Source: an uncultured Solirubrobacterales bacterium (GTDB lineage Bacteria > Actinomycetota > Thermoleophilia > Solirubrobacterales > 70-9). Taken from it: a DNA stretch of 64,000 nucleotides. Below, piece by piece: positions 40,519 through 49,889 of this stretch (the stretch's first letter is position 1; every line of letters starts with the position of its first letter). Location of the stretch: contig CAWINX010000003.1 of the NCBI GenBank assembly GCA_963837585.1, positions 3,098-67,097 on the forward strand. Direction: 5' to 3'. Position numbers and translations under genes: made by a program. Below the pieces are notes generated by a model. The model had not been told where the DNA came from, ran no database searches, and saw only the letters and a list, made by a program, of their open reading frames with translations.

Positions 40519-41442
40519 ATGGGTGTAGTCCTCACAGCCGCGGCGATCGTCATCGCCGTCTCGGTCGGGGTCTGGTCCGAGCGTCGCTGGCCGCTGGGCG
40601 CGGCTCGCGCCGCCCGGCGCTCGCTGTTGCTGCTGCTCTACGTGCTTCTGCCGCCGGTGATCTTCTTCAACATCGCCGCCAGCTCGATCGACCTCAGCCA
40701 CGGAGTCGGCCTGCTGCTCGGGATCGTCGCCTCCTCGCTCGGCGCCCTGTTCGCCGGCTGGGTGGCGAGTCGCCTGCTGCGGCTGCCCCGCTTCCAGGTC
40801 GGCGCCGTCGTCTGCTGCGTGCTCAGCGTCAACACGGGCTACCTCGGCTACCCGCTTGCGGTGGCGCTGCTCGGCCGCGACCAGCTCTCGACCGCCGTTC
40901 TCTATGACGTGCTGGTCACCGGCCCGTGCCTGCTGCTCGGCGCGTTTGCGGTCGGGGCGGCGTTCGGGACCAAAGCGGGCGAGGGCCCGCGCGAGCGGGT
41001 GCGCGCGTTCTTCACCCGCAACCCGCCCCTCTACGCCGCGATCGCCGGCCTGCTGGCGCCGAAGGCGCTGGCCCCCACGATCCTGGTCGACATGTCGCAG
41101 GCGCTGATCGTCGCGATCCTGCCGATCGGCTTCTTCGCCGTCGGCGCCACCCTGGCGGAGAACGCCGAGCACGGCGAGCTACCGATGCCGCCGCCTCTAA
41201 CCCGGCCGGTGATGTTGGCGGTCGCCACCCGCCTTGCCGTCGTCCCCGCCCTATTGATGCTCCTCGCCGCCCCGCTGATCGAGTTGCCCGCCGCCTATCG
41301 CCTGCTCTCGGCGATGCCGTCGGGCCTCAACTCCCTCGTCATCGCCCACGCCTACGGCCTCGACATGGAGATCACCGCCGAGGCGGTCACCTGGTCGACC
41401 GCGATCGTGATCGCCGCCGCACTCGCCTCGCTGCTCTTCTGA
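40519..41442 (+). CDS. AEC (auxin efflux carrier) family transporter
   Basis: ORF 40441..41442, with a likely ATG at 40519 (MGVVLTAAAIVIAVSV). It has about 9-10 TM segments and the motifs NTGYLGYPL and PSGLNSLVIA. Confidence 0.7.
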   Translation: MGVVLTAAAIVIAVSVGVWSERRWPLGAARAARRSLLLLLYVLLPPVIFFNIAASSIDLSHGVGLLLGIVASSLGALFAGWVASRLLRLPRFQVGAVVCCVLSVNTGYLGYPLAVALLGRDQLSTAVLYDVLVTGPCLLLGAFAVGAAFGTKAGEGPRERVRAFFTRNPPLYAAIAGLLAPKALAPTILVDMSQALIVAILPIGFFAVGATLAENAEHGELPMPPPLTRPVMLAVATRLAVVPALLMLLAAPLIELPAAYRLLSAMPSGLNSLVIAHAYGLDMEITAEAVTWSTAIVIAAALASLLF

Positions 41443-41461
41443 GGAAACGTATGCTGGCCCG

Positions 41462-41849
41462 ATGCTCCACCACGTCTCGATCGAGGTCGAGCCTGGCGAC
41501 GTCGAGGGCGCTATTGAGTTCTGGGAGCTGCTCGGCTTCCAGCGGATCGAAGCGCCCGCCGAGCTCGGCGGTTACGTCACCTGGCTGGAGCGGGCCGGGA
41601 CCCAGATCCACCTGATCCACGCCGAGGGGGCGACCGTGCCGCCGCTCGGCCACCCGGCGGTCGTCGTCGAGGACTTCGAGGCGACCTTCGCCGCTCTCGA
41701 CGCCGCCGGCTTACGAGCCGGAGCGCCACCGCGAGCTGTGGGGCGAGGCACGCGCCTTCGCGACGATGCCCGGCGGTCAGAAGGTCGAGCTGATGGCCGC
41801 TCCGCCCAAGGCGGTTCCGCGGAACCGCCTTGGGCCGGGAGCTAGATGA
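41462..41849 (+). CDS. Glyoxalase/VOC-family protein; apparent frameshift near 41708-41714
   Basis: MLHHVSIEVEPGDVEGAIEFWELLGFQRI...GHPAVVVEDFEATFAALDAAG is in ORF 41462..41845. It then shifts to YEPERHRELWGEARAFATMPGGQKVELMAAPP. The stop overlaps the next ATG. Confidence 0.7.
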
Positions 41850-42151
41850 GCGAAACCCAGCCCCGCTGGTGGTCGATGCGACGAGCGCAGAACCGCAAGC
41901 CGGCCACCTACCGCTGCCCATTCTGCGGCGACTATCTGCCGGCGCTCAGCGAGCACACCCTGATCGCCCCCGAGGGCGATACCAATCGGCGGCGCCACGC
42001 CCACACCGCCTGCGTGCTGGCCGCCCGCCGCGCCGGGCGGCTGCCGACCCGAGAAGAATGGCTGCAAAGCCGGCCGCGCCCTCCCTCTGCCTGGCGGCGC
42101 CTGTGGGCAAGGATCGGCTGGGGCCCCGGCTCTGGGCAGGGTGGCCATTAG
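41846..42151 (+). CDS. Small CPxC...HxxC zinc-ribbon-like protein, function unknown
   Basis: 101-aa ORF with YRCPFCGDYLPALSEHTLIAPEGDTNRRRHAHTAC. It shares this pattern with ORF 23419..23748. Confidence 0.5.
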   Translation: MSETQPRWWSMRRAQNRKPATYRCPFCGDYLPALSEHTLIAPEGDTNRRRHAHTACVLAARRAGRLPTREEWLQSRPRPPSAWRRLWARIGWGPGSGQGGH

Positions 42152-42582
42152 GCGCTCGGACGGCTACCGCCGCTGTCGGGCAGAGGAATGACAGCGAGAT
42201 CGAGAGCGCGGGCGGTGGTGGCGAGAGCGAGGTCGGAGGTAGCGATCTCGTCGTTGGCCGCAGCCGAAGCAAGAAGAAGACAATCCGCAAGCGACAGATC
42301 GGCGTCATTGCGGTTGTAGTGGGCGCCGCGCAACTCCCCCGCCTGCCAGGCGATCCGGTTTTCGACTGCAAGGACCCCCAACGAAGCCGCTATCAACGGC
42401 TCCAGCTGATCGACGACCTCCCCCGGCTTGACTTTGGCTCGACGGATCAGCCGATCGACGACCTCGGCAAGACATGGCGCCGGGGTCGCGCACTCACCGC
42501 TCCGCAGGAGCGCGGCAACCTCGCCCTCGGCCGGCTCGCCTCGCAATAAGGCAATGAGCGCATTTGCGTCCAGCAGGATCAA
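42148..42582 (-). CDS. vapC: PIN-domain toxin VapC
   Basis: TTG start at 42582 in a TTGA overlap with the vapB stop. LILLDANALIALLRGEP...LSLADCLLLASAAANDEIATSD carries the acidic PIN residues. Confidence 0.8.
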   Translation of the reverse strand: MILLDANALIALLRGEPAEGEVAALLRSGECATPAPCLAEVVDRLIRRAKVKPGEVVDQLEPLIAASLGVLAVENRIAWQAGELRGAHYNRNDADLSLADCLLLASAAANDEIATSDLALATTARALDLAVIPLPDSGGSRPSA

Positions 42583-42842
42583 GCCGGATCCGGGCCGAAC
42601 TTCCGCTCCTCCGCCCTCCGCTCCTCTTCGCGGTCGAGACGGCGCATCTCGTCTGCTGAGGGACCCGGGTAATCCTTGAATGCGCCTCGGGCGGCCTCGA
42701 TCGGGTCCTCCGGAGAGGGGCGAAGGATCAGGTGATCGCCGCGGTCGTCGGCAACGACCATTCGTGTCTTCCAGCGATTGCGCACGGTTGCCGGGACCGA
42801 GACCTGGCCCCCCGCTGAAATCTTGAGACGCTTCATGATCAT
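42579..42842 (-). CDS. vapB: AbrB/SpoVT-type antitoxin VapB
   Basis: 87-aa ORF. MKRLKISAGGQVSVPATVRNRWKTRMVVADDRGDHLILRP forms a swapped-hairpin beta-barrel fold pattern. Confidence 0.8.
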   Translation of the reverse strand: MIMKRLKISAGGQVSVPATVRNRWKTRMVVADDRGDHLILRPSPEDPIEAARGAFKDYPGPSADEMRRLDREEERRAEERKFGPDPA

Positions 42843-42851
42843 GAGAATAGC

Positions 42852-44007
42852 TCATGAATCTTCCTGGAGGGGTTTAAGTCGCATGCCGTCGACGTAGCTG
42901 CGGCCCGGAGTGTCGTGGCAGGCGTGGTCGCCCGGCTGAGGCGCGTAGGCGAGGGCGATGCAGGCGCCCATCGCGCGCTGGCCGTAGGCGTTTGGGTGCA
43001 GGGACTCGCGGGTGGATCCCTGGCTGAAGCCGAGGCGACGAAACCACTCTGCCGTGCGCGGGTTGGGGCCGGCCGCGCCGACGCGGACGGCGCGGCGGTC
43101 GCAGAGCTGGTGGCCGTCGAAGGCGTGCTGTAGGTCAAGGTATTCGGCGCCCTCGCGATGGGCGGAAGCCCTCATCGCGGCGTCGATCGCCGGGGTCGCG
43201 CGGCGCCTCGCCCAATCGGCGTCGGCATTCCAGAGCGGGCAGCCCCCCTCGGTGAGGCGGCTCCAGCCGTCCTCGGGATAGCGGAAGCGGGCGCCCGGCG
43301 GAAAGGGAGACGCGTAGCCGACTACCACCAGGCGGTAGTCCGAGCGCCGGTAGCCGGCGGCCGCCATCGCCGCGCGGATATTCCGCAGCGCTCCGCGCAG
43401 GCCGGCCGCCATCGCCGGCAGGGCGGACTCGATCTCGGCCTCTGCGCCTCGCCGGCAGAGGCGCGGGCGGTCCGGGGAGCTGCGCGCCCAGTCGAGGGCG
43501 CAGTCGGCGACCAGCCCGCCGAAGCCGACGTCGTTGGCGCCGGCGGTCAGGACGATCATCCGCACGTCGGCGCGGCGCGCCACCCGCGCCAGCTGATCGG
43601 CTTGTGGCGCCTCGCCGAAGTGCGATCGCCCTCCCGACGAGGCCCGCCGAACGTTCTCCAGCTTCGCCCCCGAGCAGGCGAGGTTGACCTTGGCGGTGAC
43701 CGCGACAGGCGCGCTGCGGATCGGCGCCACGTCGGAGCGGTGGCAGTCGTTGTCCTCGGAGGCGCCGTAGACGCGATGCGGGTCATACCGGCACCCCCAC
43801 CCGTCGCAATCGAAGGCGGCGCGGTCGGTCCCCGAGCGCGTCCCCAACGGATCTGTCCCGTTGCCCATCCAGCGGCCTCCCTCACCGGAGATGAAGCTGT
43901 CGCCGATCGAGACGATCGCGCCGACCGGCGAGCCGGGAGCTCGCCGTTGCCGGCCGCGCGCCGACCGCCAAGCCGATCGCCAAGGCAACCGCGATTACCA
44001 CCTTCAT
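42852..44007 (-). CDS. Secreted SGNH/GDSL hydrolase (lipase/esterase); apparent frameshift near 43935-43965
   Basis: The signal peptide MKVVIAVALAIGLAVGA is in ORF 43882..44100. The mature domain, with block I (VSIGDSFISGEG) and a C-terminal DGHQLC...SLHPN block V, is in ORF 42852..43988. Confidence 0.75.
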
Positions 44008-44168
44008 GAACCCATCGCTGTCCCACGCGTCGGCGCCTTCATCGCCCCAGGAAAGACGGCCGGCCCCGGCCCGAGTCAAGGCAATCGCGGAAGTTGTCAC
44101 GCGGCGACACGCAAATGGCGCACTTTTGCCCCGGCCGCCCCGTCGGACCGCCCGGCTAGGATCGCCCG

Positions 44169-45797
44169 ATGCGCTACCCGGTCGAGCAATTCACCCCCGA
44201 AGAGCAGGAGCTCCTCGCCCCTCACTTCACCAACCTCGACCGCCCCGTCTTCGCCCTCGTCAACTTGCCCGAGACCGTCAAGGGGGCGCTTTTTGCCCGC
44301 TATTCGCGGTATTCGGGGACCGTGCGCCGCCTCTACCTGGAGGAGTTCGCCGCCGACGTCGCGCCCGGCGAGCGGCCCTTCGACGGCGCCGAGGGCGAGC
44401 GCGCCGCAAAGCTCTACGAGCGCGTCTTCCTCGGCTACGGCGACGACTCGATCGCCCAGGTCGGCGGCGCCCACATCGCCTGCGAGTGGGTCTCCAACGT
44501 GCTGACCAAGGTGCTGCAGCGCGGCCGCCTCGCCGCCTACCTCGAGCAGTCGACCCGCTACATCCCCTACGACAAGCCGCTTCCCGACGGCGGCTACCGC
44601 TTCTATCGCGACGAGGAGCTCGGCCCCCAATTCGCCGCCGCGATGGACGAGCTGTTCTCGATCTACTCGCGCTCGCTGGAGCGGGTCGAGGCGTGGGCGG
44701 CGGAGCGCTGGCCGCGCGGCGAGGAGCCGGAGGGGCCCTGGCAACGCTCGATCCGCGCCAAGGCGCTCGACCTGCTGCGCGGCCTGCTGCCCGCGGCGAC
44801 GCTCAGCCACGTCGGCATCTATGCCTCCGGCCAGGCCTACGAGCAGATGCTGCTGCGGCTGATGGCCTCGCCGCTGCCCGAGGCCCGCGAGTACGGCGGG
44901 ATGATCCTGCGCGAGCTGCAGCAGGTGATGCCGAGCTTCGTCTCGCGAGTCGATCGGCCCGATCGCGGCGGCGAGTGGGTCTCCTACCTGGAGCAGCGCC
45001 GCGAGGCGACCGAGCGCTGGGTCTCGCGGCTCGGCCTCGACCGCCGCGGCGCCGGCGACGACACCCCCTCGGTCGAGCTCGTCCACGTCGACGGGACCGA
45101 GGAGGACCTGCTCGCCTCCTGCCTGTTCGAGTCGGCGGCGACGCCGGAGACCGAGATCCGCGCCCGGCTCGACGTGCTCGACCGCGAGGAGCGCGCCGCG
45201 CTGCTGGGCGAGATGGTGGGAGGCCGCGCCAACCGCCGCCACCGCCCCGGCCGCGGCTTCGAGGCGCTGCGCTACCGCTTCGAGATCGTCTCCGACTACG
45301 GCGGCTTCCGCGACCTCCAGCGCCACCGGATGCTGACCTGCCAGTGGCAGCGGCTGGGGCCCGACCTCGGGGCCGGCGTTCCGGACGAGGTGCGCGAGGC
45401 GGGGGTCGGCGATGAGTTCGAGCGTGCTCTGGAAATCTCCCGCGGCGAGTACGAGCGCCTGGTCGACGCCGGGATGGGCGATGCGGCCCCCTACGCCCTC
45501 TGCCTCGCCTACCGGATCCGCTACGTGCTCGACCTCAACGCGCGCGAGGCGATGCACCTGATCGAGCTGCGCTCCGGGCGCGAGGGTCACCCGACCTACC
45601 GCGCCGTCGCCCAGGCGATGCACGAGCGGATCGCCGCGATCCACCCGGCGGTCGCGGCGGCGATGACCTACGTCGACAACTCGCAGGAGCCTCGCCTGGA
45701 GCGAATCCTCAGTGAGATCCGCACCCAGCGCAAGCGCGCCCAGGCAGCGACGGGTGGGGCGACAGAGGCCCCCCCGGGCCTCAACCCGCTCGGCTGA
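44169..45797 (+). CDS. Long ThyX-like (FAD-dependent thymidylate synthase family) protein
   Basis: Intact 542-aa ORF with the ThyX signature region GGFRDLQRHRMLT and a second degenerate ThyX-like half in the N-terminus (ALFARYSRYSG). Confidence 0.7.
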   Translation: MRYPVEQFTPEEQELLAPHFTNLDRPVFALVNLPETVKGALFARYSRYSGTVRRLYLEEFAADVAPGERPFDGAEGERAAKLYERVFLGYGDDSIAQVGGAHIACEWVSNVLTKVLQRGRLAAYLEQSTRYIPYDKPLPDGGYRFYRDEELGPQFAAAMDELFSIYSRSLERVEAWAAERWPRGEEPEGPWQRSIRAKALDLLRGLLPAATLSHVGIYASGQAYEQMLLRLMASPLPEAREYGGMILRELQQVMPSFVSRVDRPDRGGEWVSYLEQRREATERWVSRLGLDRRGAGDDTPSVELVHVDGTEEDLLASCLFESAATPETEIRARLDVLDREERAALLGEMVGGRANRRHRPGRGFEALRYRFEIVSDYGGFRDLQRHRMLTCQWQRLGPDLGAGVPDEVREAGVGDEFERALEISRGEYERLVDAGMGDAAPYALCLAYRIRYVLDLNAREAMHLIELRSGREGHPTYRAVAQAMHERIAAIHPAVAAAMTYVDNSQEPRLERILSEIRTQRKRAQAATGGATEAPPGLNPLG

Positions 45798-45805
45798 GCG
45801 TCAAC

Positions 45806-46744
45806 CTAGTCGCGCTGCTTGCGCTTGCGGCGCTCGGTCGACTCGGGGTCGGCTCCGTTGCCGCCCTCCGGCGGGTCCTCCCCACCGGCTTCCAGCGCCT
45901 CCGCGGCCCGCTCTCCCGGCGTCGGCCAGGGAATCGCCTCGCCCGCCGCCCAGGCCGGTGGGCGCCCACGAGGCAGCCAGCCTGCGGCGAGCAGGCCGAA
46001 GTAGAGGAACCAGATCAGCGTGAACTGGATCAGCAGCAGCAGCGCCGCGACGCCGAGCGCGATGCCCAGCGATCCCCAGAAGCGGGTCAAGAGGCCGGTG
46101 CGCATGCCCCAGAGGGCGGTGTAGCCAAGTGCAAAGGCGAGGCCGAGCCGTCCGGCCAACCCGAATCCAGTCGCCAAGCCCTGGGCAGACGCTCCCTTGA
46201 CGGCATTCTTGGCCCTGTCGTCGGCGACCTTCGTCGTCGCACATTGCGACAGGGCACCAGCGCCAGCGCCGTACTTGTCCTTGAACGATGCGGCACCGCC
46301 ACTTTGGCGATCGGCGCGGCACTCCGCGGTTGCCTTCTCGATCGTCAGGTTGGTTGTCGCTCGACCGGCGGCAAAGTCAGAGGCCGCATTGTTTGTCGCC
46401 ACCGCATTGAGCACCGAAGCCGTGGCCAAGAAAAGAGGCGCGGCGATGACGAGCCCGATCAGCTGGCCTCGAACTCTGACGCTGCGCGCCTGGGCCGCGC
46501 GGAACAGGTAGACGAACGGCGCCACCATGAGCATCAGGCCGAGCGCCTGGAGGATGCTGGAAAGCGTGATGTCGGAGCTGTGCGCGTATGCCGACCTGAG
46601 GATCTCCGCGTCTCCGTCGCCGTTGATCGCGTTGATCAGAACCGCGGACACGATGATCAGAACGACCGTCGCCAGCGAGGCGATCGCGGTGGGGATCGCC
46701 CAGCGCCGCTCACGCTCCAGGACCTCCGCCACACTCAGCCTCAC
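45806..46744 (-). CDS. Hypothetical integral membrane protein
   Basis: Intact 312-aa ORF with several TM helices, a Cys-containing extracytoplasmic loop and an acidic/basic C-terminal tail. I did not recognise a family. Confidence 0.5.
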   Translation of the reverse strand: MRLSVAEVLERERRWAIPTAIASLATVVLIIVSAVLINAINGDGDAEILRSAYAHSSDITLSSILQALGLMLMVAPFVYLFRAAQARSVRVRGQLIGLVIAAPLFLATASVLNAVATNNAASDFAAGRATTNLTIEKATAECRADRQSGGAASFKDKYGAGAGALSQCATTKVADDRAKNAVKGASAQGLATGFGLAGRLGLAFALGYTALWGMRTGLLTRFWGSLGIALGVAALLLLIQFTLIWFLYFGLLAAGWLPRGRPPAWAAGEAIPWPTPGERAAEALEAGGEDPPEGGNGADPESTERRKRKQRD

Positions 46745-46750
46745 GTTCGC

Positions 46751-47198
46751 CTAGCCCCGCTCGTGGAAGTAGAACTGCGGCAGCGCGCCCTCGATGACCT
46801 CCTGGGTCATCTTCTGCGCCACCTCGAGATTGCCGGTCCGCACCGCGATGTCATCGAGGGTGACGATCCCGGCGAGGCGCTCCCCGTCGACGACGGGTAG
46901 CCGTCGCACCCGGTGCTGGACCATCAGCGCCGCCGCCTCGTCGAGCTCCATCTCCGGCTCGCCTGCGACGAGCGGACGGGAGGCATGCTCTCCAACCGGC
47001 GACTCGGCGCTCGCCTCGGCGGCGAAAACCCGCAGCGCCAGGTCGCGATCGGTGACCATCGCCACCGGCGAGCCCGACGGGGTCGACGAGCACCACCGAG
47101 CCTACCCGGTGGTCGCGCATCAGTCGGGCCACCGCGACGGCGCTCTCCTCCGGGGAGGCGGTGACGACGCCCTCGGTCATGATCTCGCTGAGTCGCAC
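46751..47198 (-). CDS. CBS-pair domain protein; apparent frameshift near 47075-47085
   Basis: VRLSEIMTEGVVTASPEESAVAVARLMRDHRVGSVVLVDP is in the frame of ORF 46851..47438. It continues as VAMVTDRDLALRV...MVQHRVRRLPVVDGERLAGIVTLDDI in ORF 46751..47065. Confidence 0.75.
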
Positions 47199-47217
47199 GG
47201 CGCGTACGCTACATCCG

Positions 47218-47838
47218 ATGAGCGAAGCGCAGCGCACCCCCGTGGTCCCGCTCGAAGCCGGAGCGGGACCGGAGAACCCCCCGTGCCCCGCCTGCGGCGA
47301 GCCGCTGTTCGGCTGGATCGCGGCGCGGCCGGGCCTGCGCGGCGCGGTCAGCCGCTGTGAGAGTTGCGGGCTGGGCGTGGTCGGCGGCCCCGCCACGCCA
47401 GAAGACGCCCTCGGAGAACTGGACCACCCGGGGGGCATTGAAATTTTGAATCGGGCCAGCTTTTCCGCCTCGCTCGGGGGCGCCGGTTGGGCCGGATTGG
47501 AGCCCGACTCCCGCTACCTGTTCACGGTGGAGGCGGCGCGACGGCTCGTCGCCTCGCGCGACCAGGTAGTGAAAAGCGCTCGCTGGGCGCCCGGGGCCGG
47601 CATCGCGACGATGTGGCAGACGCTCCTCAACAGCGTCACCTTCGGGCGCAATGTCGCGCTCGACGCGCTCGGCAAGCGCAGCGCCGTGAAGGCCGGAGAA
47701 CGCTGGCAACGGAGGATCGACGGGCTGATCAGCGTCGTGCTGGCGATCCCGGCGATGGTCTTGGCGCTGCCGCTGGAGCTGGCCGGCGCCGCGCTGCGAC
47801 GCGGCAGCGCTCTCAAGTTGCGCCTGCAGCTGCTCTGA
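47218..47838 (+). CDS. Hypothetical protein with N-terminal CxxC...CxxC zinc ribbon and C-terminal TM segment
   Basis: ATG at 47218 within ORF 47161..47838 (CPACGEPLFG...CESCGLG). Confidence 0.45.
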   Translation: MSEAQRTPVVPLEAGAGPENPPCPACGEPLFGWIAARPGLRGAVSRCESCGLGVVGGPATPEDALGELDHPGGIEILNRASFSASLGGAGWAGLEPDSRYLFTVEAARRLVASRDQVVKSARWAPGAGIATMWQTLLNSVTFGRNVALDALGKRSAVKAGERWQRRIDGLISVVLAIPAMVLALPLELAGAALRRGSALKLRLQLL

Positions 47839-48108
47839 TCAGGAGAGGCCCTCGCGCGCTTCGCGCACGAGGGTGACGGCCTCGGGGAAGAGGACGCGGA
47901 TCGCGTCGCGAACCTGCATCGCCTGCTCGTCGGGGCTGCCGCTCAGCTCAAGCTGGGCGACGGAGGCGACGGTCATCTCGACCGCCAGCTTGATCGCGTT
48001 GTCGGCCCAGGCGACGCGCTGCGAGGACTGCATCTGCTCGGACAGCTCTTCCATGCGAGCGCGGAACTCGTCCGGGTCGCCGAAGAGGTTGAAGGGGCTT
48101 CCTTCCAT
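47839..48108 (-). CDS. Hypothetical small acidic protein (89 aa)
   Basis: ATG at 48108 within ORF 47839..48450 (MEGSPFNLFGDPDEFRARMEELSEQMQSSQRVAWADNAIKLAVEM...). Confidence 0.4.
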   Translation of the reverse strand: MEGSPFNLFGDPDEFRARMEELSEQMQSSQRVAWADNAIKLAVEMTVASVAQLELSGSPDEQAMQVRDAIRVLFPEAVTLVREAREGLS

Positions 48109-48200
48109 CACCGGACATGTAAGCAGAAGGCCGACGATTCGATGCAAAGTCTTGACTCTCTGCGCGCCCCAGGCGCGCCTTCGCCTCCTAGCCTCGGCCG

Positions 48201-48860
48201 ATGCGACACGTCGGACAGCGCGAGCGCGGATCGGCAAGCGTCGAGCAGGCCGGACTGGCGGCGCTGATCGCGCTGGTCCTGGTGGCCGCAATCGCGGCAA
48301 TCGCGGCCGGCGGGAAGGTCGACGCCGGCCGCGCGCTCGCCGGGGCGATCGGCAAGCGACTGGCCTGCGCGCCGCGCCTCCCCGACGCCTGCCGGCACCA
48401 CCCGCTGGTCCCCGCCTACGGCTGGCCGCTCGCCCGCCTTGCGAGAGCAATGGCCCCCGCCCCGACGTCCGTGCCCGGACCTTCCGGCCTTGACCTGGTC
48501 CCGGTCGACTTCCGCCGCTGCCGCCGCGAGAGCTGCGCCGTCGCGGCCGGGCCTCACCTGACCACAGCCGGCCGCCGCACCACGGCGTTCACCCAACTCG
48601 TCGATCGACGCTCCACATTCGGCTGGGTCGCGATCGTCTACTGGCTCTACCGCCCGACGATCGGCTGGGAGAAGGTCGAACGACGTGCCACCCAGGCGCA
48701 GGTCGAAGCGGCAAGCGCCACCCGCGTCCTACTCAAAGACGACCCCGCCCTCGTCCCCCTGGAGACCCTGCCCGGTCACGACCACTACGACTTCCCCGCC
48801 GGCGAGCGTCCACCGTGGCAGGGACACGTCCACGCCCGCTATCCCGGTTGGTCGAGCTGA
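48201..48860 (+). CDS. Hypothetical protein with TadE/pseudopilin-like N-terminus
   Basis: 219-aa ORF. RERGSASVEQAGLAALIALVLVAAIAAIAAG resembles a Flp/Tad-type class III signal plus hydrophobic helix. Confidence 0.4.
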   Translation: MRHVGQRERGSASVEQAGLAALIALVLVAAIAAIAAGGKVDAGRALAGAIGKRLACAPRLPDACRHHPLVPAYGWPLARLARAMAPAPTSVPGPSGLDLVPVDFRRCRRESCAVAAGPHLTTAGRRTTAFTQLVDRRSTFGWVAIVYWLYRPTIGWEKVERRATQAQVEAASATRVLLKDDPALVPLETLPGHDHYDFPAGERPPWQGHVHARYPGWSS

Positions 48861-48863
48861 GGC

Positions 48864-49868
48864 TCAGCGGGCGCCGGCCGCAGAAGCGCGCGGCTTGGCT
48901 TTTCCGTCGCGGTCGGCGTCCTCCTGGGCTTGTCGGATCAGGCCTCGCCAGTCGGTGGTCCGGAAGACGAGCAGGATGGCGCTGAAGCCGAGCACCACCG
49001 ACCAGGCGGCCATCGCAATCTGGGTGCCTACGGAGAAGGAGAGAACGGCCGAGCGGGACGGCCCGCTGAGCGTCGCCACCAACAGCGCCTGCTGGGCGCC
49101 GGCGCCGCCCGGGGTGAAGGGGATGATCGTCGAGATCGCCTGAACGCTCATCACCAGCATCACGTTGGCGACCGAGCCGCCGATCCCGAACGCCTTGAGG
49201 AAAAACCAGAAGGCACCGAAGCGGCAGAGCCAGCCGACCCCCTGCCAGGCGGCGACCTCGCGCAGGTAGCGGCGCGGCATGGTGAGGATGACCAACCCCT
49301 GTTTGACCCGGTCCCAGAAGCGGCGGACGTGGTGGGCGAGGTAGTAGATGCCGATCGCGATCGCCACGAGGAGCACCCCGGTGACGATCAGGAACGTCTG
49401 CGGGTGCCTCGCCCAGAAGGAGATCTCGAAGGCCGGCAGATGCGGGAGCTGGGGCAGGGAAGGCAGCAGCCCCTGGGCGATCGCGTAGGTGAAGACGAGC
49501 AGGCCCGCCACCGTGTCGAAAACCGACTGCACGAGGAAGGACGAGGTGACCGCCGGATACGAGGAGCCGGGAATCTGTCGTTTGGCCAGGAAGACTTTGG
49601 TGACGTCGCCGACGTGCGCCGGGACGATCGCGTTGATTCCCGCCCCGGCCAGGTAGGCGGCGCCCAGCTGCAGGAAGGAGATGCGCCGGGTCGGGTAGGC
49701 GGCGCGCAGCACGTTGCGCCAGGCCCAGGCGCGCGACAGCTGCATCGCCAGCAGGAAGCCGAGGGCGATCGCGAAGGGCGTCCAGTGGATGTCGGAGAGG
49801 TGCTCGAAAAACGCCCGCGCGCCGTTCATGAACCCGTTGAAGCTGGAGGCGAGATCGGCGAGCGGCAT
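48864..49868 (-). CDS. Lysylphosphatidylglycerol-synthase-TM-region-like (UPF0104, flippase-like) membrane protein
   Basis: Intact 334-aa ORF with about 8 TM helices. PGGAGAQQALLV is the motif typical of this family. Confidence 0.55.
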   Translation of the reverse strand: MPLADLASSFNGFMNGARAFFEHLSDIHWTPFAIALGFLLAMQLSRAWAWRNVLRAAYPTRRISFLQLGAAYLAGAGINAIVPAHVGDVTKVFLAKRQIPGSSYPAVTSSFLVQSVFDTVAGLLVFTYAIAQGLLPSLPQLPHLPAFEISFWARHPQTFLIVTGVLLVAIAIGIYYLAHHVRRFWDRVKQGLVILTMPRRYLREVAAWQGVGWLCRFGAFWFFLKAFGIGGSVANVMLVMSVQAISTIIPFTPGGAGAQQALLVATLSGPSRSAVLSFSVGTQIAMAAWSVVLGFSAILLVFRTTDWRGLIRQAQEDADRDGKAKPRASAAGAR

Positions 49869-49889
49869 CGAAGCTAGACTAGCCCGCTC

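Noticed and set aside
35066-41172. Three long minus-strand ORFs (35066..37177, 37414..39258, 39265..41172)
   Set aside because: They are antisense shadows of nuoL, nuoM, nuoN and the AEC transporter. Their composition is GC-frame artefact (R/G/D/E/A runs).
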